Positions 28,582 through 43,866 of a DNA stretch of 64,000 bases are shown in pieces. Made by a program: the position numbers and the translations under genes. Within the stretch, counting starts at the first letter, position 1. Each line of letters begins with the position of its first letter. The notes below the pieces were generated by a model. It did no database searches, had not been told where the DNA came from, and saw only the letters and a program-made list of their open reading frames with translations. Source of the DNA: Paraphysomonas bandaiensis (Eukaryota; Protista; Chrysophyceae); contig CBFFRP010000091.1 of the NCBI GenBank assembly GCA_965644295.1, positions 1-64,000 on the forward strand. The letters are read 5' to 3'.

Positions 28582-28939
28582 ATGTCAACGATATCCGCCC
28601 AGTGTATTCGCTGTGGATACGTAAAGTCTGATATGACCTGCATGCTACCCTCGATCGATCAAACCGGTCAAGCCCGTGGCTGTGGAGGGTTGCTTATGTA
28701 TGATCGTTCTAAAGGGACAATATCATGTAAATTTTGTGACCGCATTAACGGAAAAGAGTTTTCGAATGACAAGGTTAACTTCCGCTGTCCTAACTGCGCC
28801 TCTATTCGCCTTGTTTCCATAACTAGGAATCAACCTACAACTCAAGTAATATCCATGTATGAGACTAGTAAGTTTTAGTTACACAAGACTTGCTTTTCCA
28901 GCGCACTATTAGGATCCACCGCAAAGCCAGATTCTATGA
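28582..28939 (+). CDS. Small Cys-rich zinc-ribbon-like hypothetical protein
   Basis: CIRC, C..(GC)GG, CKFC, CPNC motifs. Probable intron after ...PTTQ, then a short last exon DPPQSQIL*. Confidence 0.6.
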
Positions 28940-29332
28940 CGCTGATCTTAAGTAGAAATATTTATTTAATGGTCTGAACTGCTGTATTATTATATGCATT
29001 TAGTATACTTGGTTTATATACATAGTCTAAGTCAACCGTAGCGGTGTATTTTATCCAGGGCCTTGCTGTAAGCATGTGTGATTGTTCCTTTTGGGTTTAT
29101 GATATACTCCTTATAACTTATCTCCATGACAAGTATATACCAAGTTTAATAAAAAGTCGGAAGATTATTGAAGCTGGTGAACTGTTGTTATGTAGTTGGT
29201 AATTGTCTACAGGGTTAATAGTTCACTATATTATCCCGGTGACGATGAGTATGTCATTGAACCTACAGCAGGTCCAAAAAACACATTGTGAAACGAAATG
29301 GGAATTAAAATGCAACATGTATTATTTAGTTA

Positions 29333-32300
29333 TCACATAAAACCACCAAATTTTCGCGTGCTTTTGTCCTTCTGATGATGCTTATCAAAAGTTTTGGTTC
29401 GAAATTTCGACTTTTTACCACCGCCAATGCCATCAGCAGCACCGGCTGAAGAACCCTGTTGGGCTTTTTTCTTCGATTTCGTAGCTTGCCTCGAAGTCAA
29501 CCCAGAATGTGGCTGGGTATTTTTCGTGGCTGTCATCGCACCCACATTCTTTGCTTTGCTATTAATTTCATTTCCTATTGCTTTTGTGGCTGCCTCACTT
29601 TGTATATCTTCTTCGCCGCTACCAGAATTATCAAACTCATCGTCACTGCTATTAGTGATTGTCCTTCGATTCCCTTTCTTGTTAGTGTTTTTCATGTCTT
29701 CCCAGTACTTGGCCTCAACTTCTTCACTTCGAATCATAGTATTCAGTCTGACCATAAAAAGGTGAGAAATACGTGCCCACCGAAAAATAGTTTGGAATAG
29801 ACGATATAATAAATACACATTTACAGCATAGTTTAGAGCGATAAAATGCAACTAAAAACTCACTTGATCACTCTATCTCTCGTTTGTTGCCAGGTTTCTG
29901 CTAATCCCGCATCGTCAAACTACAACATCATATGCTGTATTAGCACAGAAGCGCACTATTTTGAGAAAAAACAAAGATACAGTGCCACATCATCAAGCTG
30001 AATAGTACGAGAGTTGTCAAATTCAATTACAATTCAACAACCTGGTCGTCGTAGTCATCACCATACTCTTTTTCCAATATTCGCACTTCATCTTCCATCT
30101 GTTTATTAAGCATTCTGCATGGTACCAAGTTAATTGTCACATATACAAAAGCGCAATAGTGCAGAGAATTACACGTATTAATCAAATTGCTATAGATACT
30201 TCCAACTAAGTACATTCAACAAGCAACCCATGCCCTACCTCAGCCTCTCTTTTTGTTGCTGCTTATCCGCTCCTTTCAATTCTAGCTTATACACAACTTT
30301 ACCACCTGCAAGAAAATAAGAATGTGTTACCAGAAACATAAATCAAGAGATGGATAGCATACAGACACAAAATATATAATTGGTAGGGATTTCTATGTCA
30401 AATATAGTCGACTACACTAGCAACTTTTCATATGTACAATTCTCGCAGATGTAATAACCTTTAGCCCTTTTCGCAGACGTGTCTGAGTCAGTGGAGGATT
30501 TACCCATGAAAGCAGCTTTGACATTCCTATCGTAAACTTAAGATACAGAAATTCAAGTTCTTGACATTTTCAACTGCATATATCTAGTTCGTCCACAACG
30601 TGCACCCCACATAATAGGCATATATCCATAAATAGAATAATATCACCTATCCATATTTGCTAGGGTCGGTGGCAGGTTGTCCGTTAACAGTGCATCAATA
30701 GCCCGTTCCACACTGTAGTCATACGCCTGTAACGCGTTTTGAGTGTAGTAATCAAAATATTCTAACACAATCAAATATAGCCTAATTTTTTCATTCATAA
30801 CCACAAGTCACTTTATAGTCACAATCACCTTGAGTACGGCGGACACAAAAAAGTCGCCGTAATCGGGAAATATAGCTTTTACTTCCTGCATACTTCTTTC
30901 TAGTGCAGTTTGGGAATCATCTCCAGACTTTTGATTTTCAGGCGGCTGGTTTAATTGCTTTGGAGTACAATGTGGTTTCACGTCTGTGCGTAGATATCCG
31001 TCAAGATTGCCGATAACACTCAAGATGTAGCTCTTTTGCTCTGCGAAAATAAAAATGAGGAGCTTACAACATTTGTATATCATCTACGTCATTGCAATGA
31101 GCAACACAGGCCGTAGCTCTATAGAATATAACTGAGTACCATTCACCAGGTACAAAGCGAAATGAACACATTTCACGCAGTATAGAGCTCAGTAACACAA
31201 ACCAAATTAAACTACCTGGGTCATGAGAGCTGAACACAGCATCCAAGAGGGCTTGTACATACGCACCGTACACCTGAGAAGATATAATCGTCATCACTGG
31301 ATGAATCATTAAATACACGCATGAGCACGGTACTTGCTTGTAAGGTATCCGCCATCATAGCCCCAACAACAGCGCCTGACTTCTCCTCGTGGAAGTCTCC
31401 CATACTCAGTGATACTACTGCGTCAGTCCATGTCAGACCTTCTTCCACATCACCACTTGAGGCACAATCCTTACACACTCGGGGAGACACTGTTGGGGTT
31501 TGAATATCATACATTTCGCACGCAACCGATAACATTGAGAATAGATTCTACAAAACAAAAATTACACGTTTTTAATACTACTGTACAATGGATGTAATGC
31601 ACTTTTCACTAAATCATATATATACTAAATACCTGTAGACATCGCCGTTGAGAAGTCTTGTAGATAAATTTTAGTCTGTTGCAATCACTTGGAGAGAGGT
31701 CAGTACCAATACACTTTTGTAAAAGTGGAAGGATCTACAGCACATATCGCAATTAAAACACAACTGTATTTTACCATACATATACAGTTTCCATGTATTC
31801 ACGACGGTTATATATCAAGAAGACACACTACATAAAACAATAGGTCGGTAACATACAGCACTCATGCTCTGCACCTTTTCATATAAAATAACCAGTATCT
31901 TTAAGATTGACACGCCAGTTAAACCCAAGTTTCCTCCACCATTCCTGTTTACATAGTCAGCAACCAATCGAAACAGTTCTCATCACTCTTAAAAGCTACA
32001 ATGTTGATAATAGAGAAATGCAACGATGCGAAACTCACATATAAGTTTTAGACCGTGGGTCAAAAAGCCACCCGTGGCATCCGACCAAAAGCACGTGCAC
32101 TGAGTCACAGATATCCAAAACATACTCAGACAAGTCTAATAGGTTAATCGGAGCTCTAATGAATTTCTGTTTCTTAGAAAATCTTGGGGAGGTTATAGTC
32201 ACGTAGGCATCGTACACCTCCATCACGGTCTGCAGTTTACATATTTAGACATGTATAAATACAAAGTAGAAACCAGATAACTTGAGGTAGTTCAAAATGC

Positions 32301-33090
32301 AAGATATATACGTATGTCCACATTATCTTAACAGTATACATGTGCACACAAAAGTACCAGAAAACACTGACCTGCACAACTTCATCCACATTAGTTGCGA
32401 TTTCATTCAGAATTCCAGGAACAGAGCCCCGAATATCGCTGATTGCCTTAGCAAAGTACTCCATATTACTATCACCTACAAGTCAAAAATACGATAGTTA
32501 CACACACTACGAATCACAATTACTAGTGCTGAAGTTAAGGGTAGTGTTGACACAGATAAATACTCTAGAATATAATACACAGTGATATTACCCATAATGC
32601 AACCGAGGGAAAGAATGTTGGGTAAATTAATAACATCAATCTCTTCCAGCATTGCAGGATGATGAAAAAGCCTCATGAAACACCCGAACACCTGTACAGA
32701 TACTGTTATTAAAACACGAAATAGATATTCTACTTTGTGACATCAGCGTGTTACCAACTCTACTAATACATACCAGAGAGTCAAAGCTAAGCAGATCATT
32801 GGAGTCTTTTACCGAATCAGTTGGGCGGCAACGATGTGACAAATACGACTGAATAAACCTCTGGAAGGATAAATTCTGTTTCCACTCCCTGAGAATATAC
32901 TCATTACAACTGTATGTCAATAGGCTCGACAAAGATACCTAACAAACTCTGAATCATCCACACCCATTAAACTTGACAACTGCTTTCCATTATGCTCTAT
33001 AATTAGATCCGTATTGAACTTGTCGGCAGTGGAGTTATCTACTTCTGAAAAAGTATAAAACTCAAAGCGGTTAGAACCATGACGACTCAT
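29333..33090 (-). CDS. ASCC2: ASCC2-like CUE-domain protein (ASC-1 / ribosome quality control complex subunit), multi-exon
   Basis: CUE-like VKAIFPDYGDFFVSAVLK/AYDYSVERAIDALLTDNLPP, acidic EYGDDYDD motif and basic C-terminus KTFDKHHQKDKSTRKFGGFM. ATG at 33090 (MSRHGSNRFEFYTF). Confidence 0.7.
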
Positions 33091-33610
33091 CTCCTTTCTG
33101 AAACTAGAGTCAGTAATGCTTCTTCAGTTCCCAGCTTGATGCAAACTTGATTGAGAAGGCCAAGTACAGCGGACTTGACTTGACGCTGGCTATGTCTAGC
33201 GGGAGTGTGCACTGCTGTACCAGTCTGTGCGTGGAATGTACTGTGTATACGACTGTGTATAGTGTGCACATGCTGTACCTGCAGAAGAGTACTCTCTAGT
33301 TCTTCATGGCTACGCACAGTGGAATACGGCGAACTACATGTGTAGAAATGTGCTTCGGTATACGTGCTGTATTTATCGCTGTATTTCACAGTGTCCAAAA
33401 TGAAATTTGAATTTTGGAATGAAAATGAAGTGGGTCGGATCATACTGCTGGATGTGTATGTATGTATGTATAGTATACGTACAGAGTGGTGCTGTATGTG
33501 AATGATGCGATTGATCTTAATGAACGACATAAGTTTAGTGGAGCCTATCATACAAGAGGAGCGACAGAAGACACACCTGAAACGACAAGTTATTTGAAAA
33601 CATTGTCGGG

Positions 33611-36600
33611 ATGGTTCTCTCTGACGGTATGGGGTTTATTGTTAGTAAGCTGCTTCGACTGATTTGTATGTATGTTTCAACGCAGCGCACAAGTATCCGT
33701 TTTCTTTATTTTCAGAGAGCAAAGATGCTTCATCGGGCGCAAAAGTCGAGCGAGAGGGGAATGTTACCGATGCAATGGACAAATCTATTGGCCGGGCTGT
33801 TATTAAAATCAAAGGCGCCGTCTCGGCAAACAACTACATCGACTTCAGCAACCTCCAGCTGGAGGGGCAGCATGTGTGCATTCAGCTGTGCATGATGAAG
33901 TCAAACATCGCCACTATTCATATTGAGCTTCAGACTTCTCGAAGTATCTCTCTTCGTGTGACAATTTCCACTCTGTATGATGTGCCAAGATTCCTCGGAA
34001 GGTCGTTGCGGTTGCCCCTTCCGGTGAAGACAGGATGGGTTAACGTGCACATGGATATGAATGAAATGCTCAGACTGTATTGTCCTATGCAAGGATCTCA
34101 GTCCAAAGACTCATTTAAATGTATTCGGGTAATAGTGTGACAACACACCTGAAATATTTTTGTGTATGTTGTTTGTCCACTAGCTACCTGTTCCACTGAT
34201 ATATAATTCACTTATTTCTTCCCAATATTTACGTATAGAGTGGTGTATTTTGTTGATAGCTGCTTGATTTTTTGTGTGATTTTATAGAGGGTTCAGCTTT
34301 GTTCCAATCTGATTGTAAGAGATTTGGTCACCAGCAACCAACCGTTAATAAGCTACAAGGTAAACCGAATTCATGCTATGTTGATTGCTTCCATTTTGTT
34401 TTGTTTTCGTCTTCTTATGTATTTACAATTCCTTTGAAGATGCCTGTGAAAGATCTTGCTGTTGTGTCCAATGCCGCTGCTCGTGTCCAGAACATGAATA
34501 TAACAGTTGAGAATTACCATCACTCAACTCCATCTTCTAGAGACGCGAGTAATGGGGATGAAGTAAGTCCAGTCAAGTCCGCTCTCGCTACTACGTCGAG
34601 TCCGATGGATACCGTATTTACATATAGAGAAATTGCTGAGCAGGATTCAGTAAAATATTCTCAAGAAAATGCGGAGAGTAATTCTTCAAACCGGCCCTCT
34701 CAAAGGGACTTAAAAATAAATAAGAGGTCAGTGTCAGATGTTTCCGGCCAGTCTGTTGGCCGAGAATCTCCTGTGAAATCTCCAATAGCAAGTGTAAGTG
34801 CAAACGGGAGTATGAAGCTGAGATCCCCTATGGGAAGTCGGAGTGGTAGCCGAATTGAGAGTGTAGTAACACCGCATAAGAGCGGGGGTCGAAATGTTAA
34901 GGACATCGATACGCCAGATCTAATCAAAATGGAGGTAAGGAGACTTTCATATATACAATATGATATAACAAAGTACTGCTGTTGGAAATAATTTTGTGAT
35001 ATGCAAAAACATAGTGTTGCTGTAAAGTCTATAGAGTAGAGGCATATCCACATGTTTTTATTGCTGGCTGTGTGAAATAGGATAGCATGTGATTTAAGAA
35101 TTTGTTGTATGTGGTATTGCACTTCTTGATGTAGTACTTTTGTATCCCTATCTGTGTATCATAAATGTGAGACATAAGGTTATCGGGGGTCACTGAAGTG
35201 TGCCTAAATGTCATGTACTATACATGCATATATCGTATTGTATTTAGCATCGTGGCGAATTGGGATGGTAATATGGCAGCAGTGATTTTCGATACATCCG
35301 ACAACAACTTATTCTAACTGTGAACCAAATGTGTCTACGTGTAGGGCACCAGTCCTGCCACAGTGGCTGATGATACAGAATGCTCCTCCAGATATAAACA
35401 CAAGGCAACTACTCAGCCTTCGCGATCCCGCTTATACACACCGAAGCTAACCCCTCACAGAGTTACCAAATCAGATAAGAGCGTGAAGGCTAGTTCGTAT
35501 GGGAAGTCTACTCCCGGTTAGTTGGCATGTCTATATTTGGTTGTTACACTTCACGCAACATATATATTTCTATGCAATGCTGCACAGATTCTTCATTTGT
35601 TTGTAGTGTCACTCTATTGGCACTTTTGCTTGGAGGTGTACACATTTTGTGATTCGACGTATATGTGTAGTGACATCTACAATACCCTCGGAGCGGGTGA
35701 TAAGCATGGATCGAGCGTTAGGCTACTCGGGTGGTCCTGCAGTTCTTCTTTACAACGGCGAAATGGTAAGAGTGCATGGGTATAATGACCAGTGCATACT
35801 AGTATGAAGAGTGCATGGAATTGCTCATATGGATTCGTTCGTGCAGTTGTTAGGTTGATGTGTTGTTCTATGCACTGACACTGCGCTTTATTAGTTGCAT
35901 TTTTCTGTTGTTCTAATGCTATTGTGTGAGTAGATGGCAATGGCCAGTGGCTGTGTAATTGTTCTTTTGGACGTGAGAGCCAAAGAAGTGTCCAACCCAA
36001 GAGATCAAACTTACCAGCAGGAGTCTGGAAATTTAAAAAAGAAAGAGAAATACTCTATAGGTTCTTTTTTGTTTATTTTGAAGAGACACTTCACATCCCC
36101 AATTCGGTGTACTGTATCAATATATGCATATGCGTAACCGTTCAGGACTGTGCTGTGGGCACTGTTTAATATTATTGTGTAGGTCTATGGAAAGCCTTCA
36201 AACCTTCCGTAATTAGTGGAGTCTATGAGGCAGAGAACTACCCTCAGGCATACCTGAAGGGACACTCAAATAGCATAACAATTATAGAGGTAGGGGTTAA
36301 GCCTTGCTTAATTCGCATGCCATTTGCAATGTGTGCCTATTGCCTGTAATATGTATATATATGATCAGTTATATTAATTACTCTAATATGACCAGGTGTC
36401 TCTTGATGGCCGCCTGATGGCAACCTGTGAAAGCGGCGAGAAAGCCAGGGTCTTTATCTGGGATCTACAAGAAGGAAAGCGGATAGCTGTGCTGCAGCCA
36501 CATGCCGAGAGGTAACCACCCTTCAATATCTAAACCTTACGTACCATATATGTCCCACTGCTACACTGTACCGTACTGTGCCACAATACATGTGGTGAAA

Positions 36601-39600
36601 TGATATATTGCACAATGTCCTGTACTCCACAGCAATACACTACAGTAGACTGTTTGCCAATATAACCGTACGCGAAACTGTTCACAGTGTACATACGATA
36701 TGTTTTAATCTGGAGAGTACGATGCTATGCACCTCTGGTTGGGACCACGTCAGAAGAGAGCAGATCGTTGTGTGGGATGTAGCGGTAAGTTTTCACACCG
36801 CGACTGTTGAAATTGTAGCTCCGCATTGTCGACCTATATATTATACGACCGAGTTAGCTGTTCTTTTTTGTTCGCGTAGACGTACCTAATTTTGTGATGT
36901 AACTGCGACAGACGCTTGTTCAAGTTAGCTCGGGTACTTCCAGTTCAGCTCGCAAGACTTCCGCATCTTCTTCTCTTGTCGTTGCTCGACAGCTATCTGA
37001 CTTTCATATATCCAAACTGATGTTTTCTCCTTTCCAGGAACTGTCACTGGTTTCCTGTGGACGTGAGAATATCAGATTTTGGCGAGTTAAGAAAGGTCAC
37101 CTTCCTGGTCGACCAGTGCAACTGAATGAGTTTTCTCGGGGCTATCTCTTTACAGACGTGGCTTATGTTAATCTCCCACCTGTGGGATCAGAGGTTAACG
37201 ACGCACTCCTTCCCTGTGTGTTGGTATCTTCGTCGATGGGTCTCCTGCTACGGGTTGATTGTGGCCTGGAGCAGGTGGTATGTGCGTACACATTGCACAA
37301 CGGACCTATCCGTTCGTTGTCCGTGAATGCGGGATATTGTGTTACTGGCGGAGATGACTGTAGGATGAGAATATGGCCGTTGCACTTTACTGACTTTCTA
37401 ATGGAGGCCCATCATGAGGCCCCAGTCACTCACACGAGTGTGTCGCATGATTTAAAGTTGCTTTCTGTGGGCACAGCTTCTGGAACTCTTGGCATATTGG
37501 ATGTCACTGATCACAGGTATTTTCAATTAATATTATATTGTGTGTTTTATGATGTTCGTATAGTGGGTTGTTTAGATTTTATTGTGTTGCATAGTGTAGT
37601 CATCATATATTATTTTGGCGAATATCGATGCCTGATCTTCCACTATGTTTTAGATACTGGACAGTTTTGCGTTCACATGTTGGGGCTGTTGTTGCTACAT
37701 CGGTACGTCCCCCACTGGGGGAAGAATTTATGACTCTTGGTGCAGACAACACGGTTCGTCTATGGGACTGTCTTTCCGGTCAACAGAAATTTGAGTTCGA
37801 TTCGCCACACGATATTCCCCTCTGTGGAGTCTACCATCCGAACAAGCATATTCTTTCCTGCGGTTTCAGTAGCGGAACCATGAGAGTGTTTGATGTACAG
37901 ACAACTTCCACACTCTATGAGCGCTCGGAGCAGCCCCAGTTGTCCTCAGCTATAGTGAGGGTATTGTATTCGCATACAACATTTAGTACGTCAAACAGCA
38001 CCCAGTTGTGTCAGTTGCGGCTATATACTCTTTCCCTGCGGGGCAGATTGACTGTATATGACGTAAATGACAATTATACACCAATTCGATCGATAACACT
38101 TACCGGTAATCCGTGGGAAACAGCGGGTTCAGATGTATCACTCCTTCGGCACGCTGCCAGTCTGCATATGAGCTGTTCTCAGGATGGACGCTTATTGGCT
38201 GTTTCCTGTGGGTCTGTATACTCCCTGTGTGTTTTTGATGCTGCAGAGATGGTACCTGTTTATAAAGGATCTTCTCTATATTCAGGCACCAGTCCTCGGG
38301 CAGACCTAACAGCCACTTATATGGGAACCACGCAGCAATCAAGTGCAACACACATGAATGCGAAAGCGGCTTCGAATGTACCGCTGTTAGGAAATGTCTC
38401 GAGCGTGATTAACGGTCTGCTGTTTTGCGCCGATGAAGACCGCAGTAACACTGAAAATACTGATGGTCATGTGTTACTTATTGTTACTGACAAGAGGTTT
38501 ATATCTATCGACATCACTGTTCAAAACATGCCCGCAAACACCCCAGCTGCTGTTTTGGAAAGTGCGTATGCCAATTCTCTTTGTGCTGATGATGTAAGCT
38601 CCAGACGCATAGAAGGAGGAATGCAACCTGTTTCAGGTTCAATTACGCGTGATCACACTTCCGGTCTTGTATTTATGGGGGTTAATCGCGCGCCAAAGTT
38701 ATTGTCTGAAACAAGTAAAATGGGTACCAAGAGCAATACTCTTGTTCCTGTAGTAGGGGATGCCTTGGCAATTGTAGGAATATCGTTCCGCCGTGTGGTG
38801 GATAGCCATCGTTTCCGCCCTTGTCACGCAATGCACACGACTCCGATGCAGGTTATCACTGAGCTACCCGGCGATAAACATATTCTGTCAATTTCGCAGT
38901 GTGGTCCGGCCAGTAATCGTCTAATTGTGACTGACTCATCGGGCTGCGTGTGTGTATGGCATATGAAAGAAGATAGGATAGGGAGGCTAAAGGACAAAGC
39001 TTATGGAATTGATCAAGAAAACGATGATATATTTACACCTGATGAGGCTACATATGGTTTAAATGACCTGAATAAAGATGATAATGCATTGCAAAATGAA
39101 GTGAAAGTTTCACATGATGGAAATGAGACGATTAATCTGAAGGATCAATTTGAGTCCGAATTTGAAACTGGTGACACATGCCATTCTAACTCCAAATTAG
39201 CTGCTAGTTTCAAGCATACCTCTGATGCAACGTTATCAAATGCGCAGTTATCGAGTAGCATGGCGGATATGTATTGTGACTCAGATGAGGGCACAAGCGA
39301 TGACAAAGGATCATTAGACATCGAAACCCTCACTGTTGACCCCCTGCGGCCTCAGGAATATTCAGAAAGTATTACCAACTCGAAGTATCTACAGAGGTCA
39401 GAGGTGGAAGATGAAAAGCAATCTGGTACCAGTAGTAGCACAGTTACTTGGAAACAGAGTGTGAAAAGCAAAGGTTTTAAAACTTCTGACTCCAGGGTTT
39501 CTGGAAAGTCTACGACGAAAACAACTCTTGGAGATAAAGTTATCTGTCAAGCTAGAAAGAGCACCATCTCTAGCCGAGAGAAATTGTCCATAAAAAAGTC

Positions 39601-42600
39601 CAGTGTGACTTCAAATTCGCGTGCTTCTTCGAAAATAACAGAAAAAGACGCTCTGAAAGCTTTGCCTGTAAGTCCAGTTTCATCTGCCCCCGTCAACGCC
39701 AGTTTTGGGAGTAATACAGAATATGTTGGAAAACAAATGGAAAGTGTGAATTATAGTAGTCACTCTATTGACGAAGGTTACGGTTCTGATAGTGACAATG
39801 GATCTAAAACAGAGAGTGAAGATAAACCGCCGGGTATGACCTATCTATTGTTTCTTGAGCTGCGAATTGTGGATATGTCTAAGTGAATCGCATTACCTGT
39901 ACATTGCAAAGTTATATGCGAGGTTGACGATGATTTGTATGTATAGGTTTGGTACAGGAACTACCCTCTTATGAAATTTCGGCTGCTGTGTTGCCGGCTA
40001 GAGTTTTGGCACAGAAGATATCAAGTTAGTACAGTTGCTATGGATACCAACTATCTGCTACGCTTTGTATGTTACATTTCATTCGATCTATTGTTGCACT
40101 GCACCAAATAATTTAATTTTTGATTTTAGCGAAACCCTCGTTTTCTCCGGCAACGAGATCTCTTTTAACAACCAACGGCAATGAGGTGTGGCTTCGTAAT
40201 TATATTTGTTATGCGAATTTTACTGTATAAATTTTAGATGTCCATCGAAAACATCGACTCTAGATCTGGTTTTGCTGTCCTTTCCCCCCCTGCCACTTCT
40301 ACTGGTAGTCTTGACTGCTCAAATATATTGTCTGAGAGCCACGTGCAACATATACAAGCCGCTTCTTTGTCGCCATCTGGCCTGTTTGTGGCGGCTATTG
40401 TTGCATATTCGAGCGCCAAGAACAATACCAGTAATACAGTACCTGTTCAGAGTAGTACAACCACAGGAAAATCATCTGAATTGCATGTCTGGAGCTGCAG
40501 CAATGTGGATGAAGAGGAGAGTGGTTGTGTGTGGAGGCATCTTGGTGTGGTGGCCCTTCATACGTCGAGTGTAGATTCATCGGCTGCAGGCCCGACGATG
40601 AATTGGTCGTTTGACGATTGCTTAGTTCTTCTTGTTCCCGTACCTTTACCTTCCCAGGGAGACAATGCGCATCGGGATACGGAATATGCCCCCTCTGCAA
40701 GACATCTACATCAGTCGGGTGCTTTGTTGTCGATAACAAAGTGGGCTTCTGAGATGTCATTCGATGAGTCGATATCTCCGTCCCACACGGGCAATATTTG
40801 CAAGTCCATACCGCATATTGATATGCCTGGTTTACCTCTAGTGATTCCGTTCACTTGCCAGGTGGATGGTGTCATTGTGCTGCCGGAGTGGTATGGTGCT
40901 GGGGACTGTGGAGTTGTTGTATACGGTGGGTCTAAAATATCTCTCTTCGGGGTTTATACTATGGGGTCTGAAGTACACAGAGATGGCGTCAAACCATCAG
41001 TTCCGTTATGGATATCGGTAAGGCCAATATAAGCATCATGTTGTTGGTACATATCGACTCGATATCTAATAATCACATCCGCTAATTTATGTCTTGTAGG
41101 ATGCCGGCTCCAGTGGACCTTTTCTCTCGCTTCACCTGGCTGAGTACACACATACTCACACGATGTCGTCCTCTCATAGTACCAACACGTCCCTAAGATA
41201 CGGGACCATTGGCACAGCTGTGTCAACTCATACAAGTGATGCAATTGGTCACTCTTACAGTGAAAGCCTCACTGGGTGCCATTACGCGGGCACCGATGAA
41301 AGGGTATATGATATGTGCACCACCAGAAGAAGCCAAGCCATGCACAAGTCAAAAAATAGCTTCAAGTACTCTTCGTCGAGTAGAGTGAAGGAAACAGGTA
41401 CTATTTTATTGGTAATATTATTATTTAACTACTGTACTTGTCCCGCGATGCGGTAGTTTTTAAAACATACCCTTCTAATAATTACGTTTGTGACATACAG
41501 ATAATTTGGGGTACAGTTCCTGCGGGTGCACTGACGTTGTCTCTCACACATTTCCGCTCCTGGTAGCGCTGGATTCTTTGGGGTCCGTTCAGTGCTGCAG
41601 ACTAACTGTAGATGAGAGCGGTGACAGTACTTGCGTAAGCTGTATAGCGAAGGTGGCCGCGTCGCATATATCCGGGGTATGGTTCTGGAGTACTTGTGTG
41701 TTATAAATGGAGTATGTTTTATTGCTGACAACGTATGTTTGCGATTGTACTTTCACGCTTTTGACTGTATATTGTACAGCATAGATATTTTATAAATGTC
41801 GTGATAATCGTTGCATTCTTATCTTTTCTGTGTAGGCCCCTCGCACTCTTGCCCTTTCTTCTTCCGGGACGGTGCTTGTGATGGGGTCAAATAGCTCTCT
41901 GCAAGTATTTTTGGTCACAGTCAAGGACTCACCTGGAACTCCGTTTTCAGTATCGCTGACCCTCCATCATAAGGTACTCTTGTTGCGGAGTATTATACTG
42001 TGAAGTGCCGGTTCAAACTGTGTTGCATGATGTAGAGTGACTGCAATTGTTGTTCGCTAATTTGTGTAATACTGCAGGTGGTATCATCATTCCCATTGGA
42101 CAACGCGATCTTTACTTTGACACCTAATATTCCTAATATCGGATCGCACTCAACACTTGGTGTGTCCAATGTTGCCACGAAGGAGAAGGCGTATAAGCGC
42201 AAGCCGCAGCCAATTGATATGGAGTTATTAATTACTAGCTCACAGGGAGATATTGGGTAGGTAGTACGTAAGAATCACTTGTTTGCAATATAGTAGTAGT
42301 GTTGAGCTAATGCGCAAGTTATATATATATGATACCAACTTGACGAAATAGACAGTGTGCAACACTGACTCATTTTCATTTCACAGGCTTTACACGAGCA
42401 CGTCGAAAGCATATGATCGGCCCAAAGTAAATGTTTTGCGGTCTCCACCTCCCTATATACGAAAAGTGGATATTTGCACTATATACCCTTCGGATAGTAA
42501 TACAATGACTCCCATTGTATATGTACTGGATAAAAAGAGTGGAAGTGTAGGACTCGTAGACGCGACTACGGGCCGCAAGGTACGGGCATGAGCTATTCCT

Positions 42601-43866
42601 ATTGTCGTGGAATGGAAGTTTTTTTTATCGTGTTGATATGTGATGTGTTAGGCTTCTTGTCCAGAGAACATAGGTATCCACTCGTGCACGTGTATTGCTG
42701 CCTACGATACAATTCTCGCGACGGGCTCTCAGTGTGGTCGAGTGGCAATCTACAACGCCGTAACCATGACACTGCTCCATGTGACTTCATTCCCGTCGAA
42801 GCATACGACGCATAACATTTCCGCAGCACCTTCGAAATCGAGACCAGCTGCCAAATCCCCACCGATATTATCACTGAACTTCTTGTATGGAGGGAAACTA
42901 TTAGCTGTGTTACGAGCGGATAAGATGCTCTACATGTTACCCACGAGTGATTTCAACGCCTTTAGAGCGCCAGTGGGCGTGGAACTTGCGGAATCTGTAG
43001 ATGAATATAATATTGTCCCAATATACGGCGATTCCAGTTTGTGTGCTCTCTGTCGAGGTCATACTATGTATATGTATAGCACGAAATTGAAGCATCACTC
43101 CCACCCAATCCTTATTGGTCTATACAAGCTGACCACACAGTGCTTTGGATACAATACTCAACCGCGAGAGTCGGATGACATGCGACTGACGGCGAAGCAG
43201 CGTATGAATGCCGCCCAATTGACGTACCCAATACATATCCAGGCATTGTATATATCTCGTCCTACCATGCAGTTTGGTGAAAGTGTTTTGAACCTCACTG
43301 CTGTCGGTACCCTTCACTCAATGGGTTTCAAGTCAACGCAGTCGTTTGTGTGTACTGCAGCTTTAGATTTGTCCCAGAACGTTCTTTCGGAAAGCCCTCA
43401 CACGAAGGAAGAAATTCCGATGTACACCATTTTTCATCTCCCATCTCAACTGTTTACGTACAGCCAGAATAAACACGTATTGGGGTTGCTTTGCAGTTGT
43501 GGCGTCTACATTTTGGATCCACATGCCCTGCATTTATCTGCTAGTCAAGTACGAATGGGGATTCTTGAAGAATATTCTCGTGACCAGTGTGATGACGACG
43601 ATGTTTGGATACATGTCCAATCGAAGGAGAAAGTTCGAAGAAGCTTATTTTGCCACAAAGATATTCTGGCGGCGTCATTGAGGGGAACGTTTCAAGGATG
43701 TGTATCTAATTTGAATTCGTTGCCGTTTAGTCCACAGAGCAGGATTGCTCTTCCCTCTCACACCCACAATCATGGATTAGATACTGAGGAATGTATGGCT
43801 TCGTATGTATATGTGCCCACCGGAGAGTCTGCTACCCTTTACCAGCTCCTTCTATCTAGTCTGTAA
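33611..43866 (+). CDS. WDR90: WDR90/POC16-like centriolar protein (CFAP20-like N-terminal domain plus WD40 repeats), multi-exon
   Basis: N-terminus MVLSDAHKYPF...GNVTDAMDKSIGRAVIKIKGAVSANNYI..LQLEGQHVCIQ resembles the WDR90 N-terminal domain. LVSCGRENIRFWRVKKGHL, FLMEAHHEAPV and YWTVLRSH are WDR90-type WD segments. The C-terminal part is divergent and its exon structure is approximate. Confidence 0.8.
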
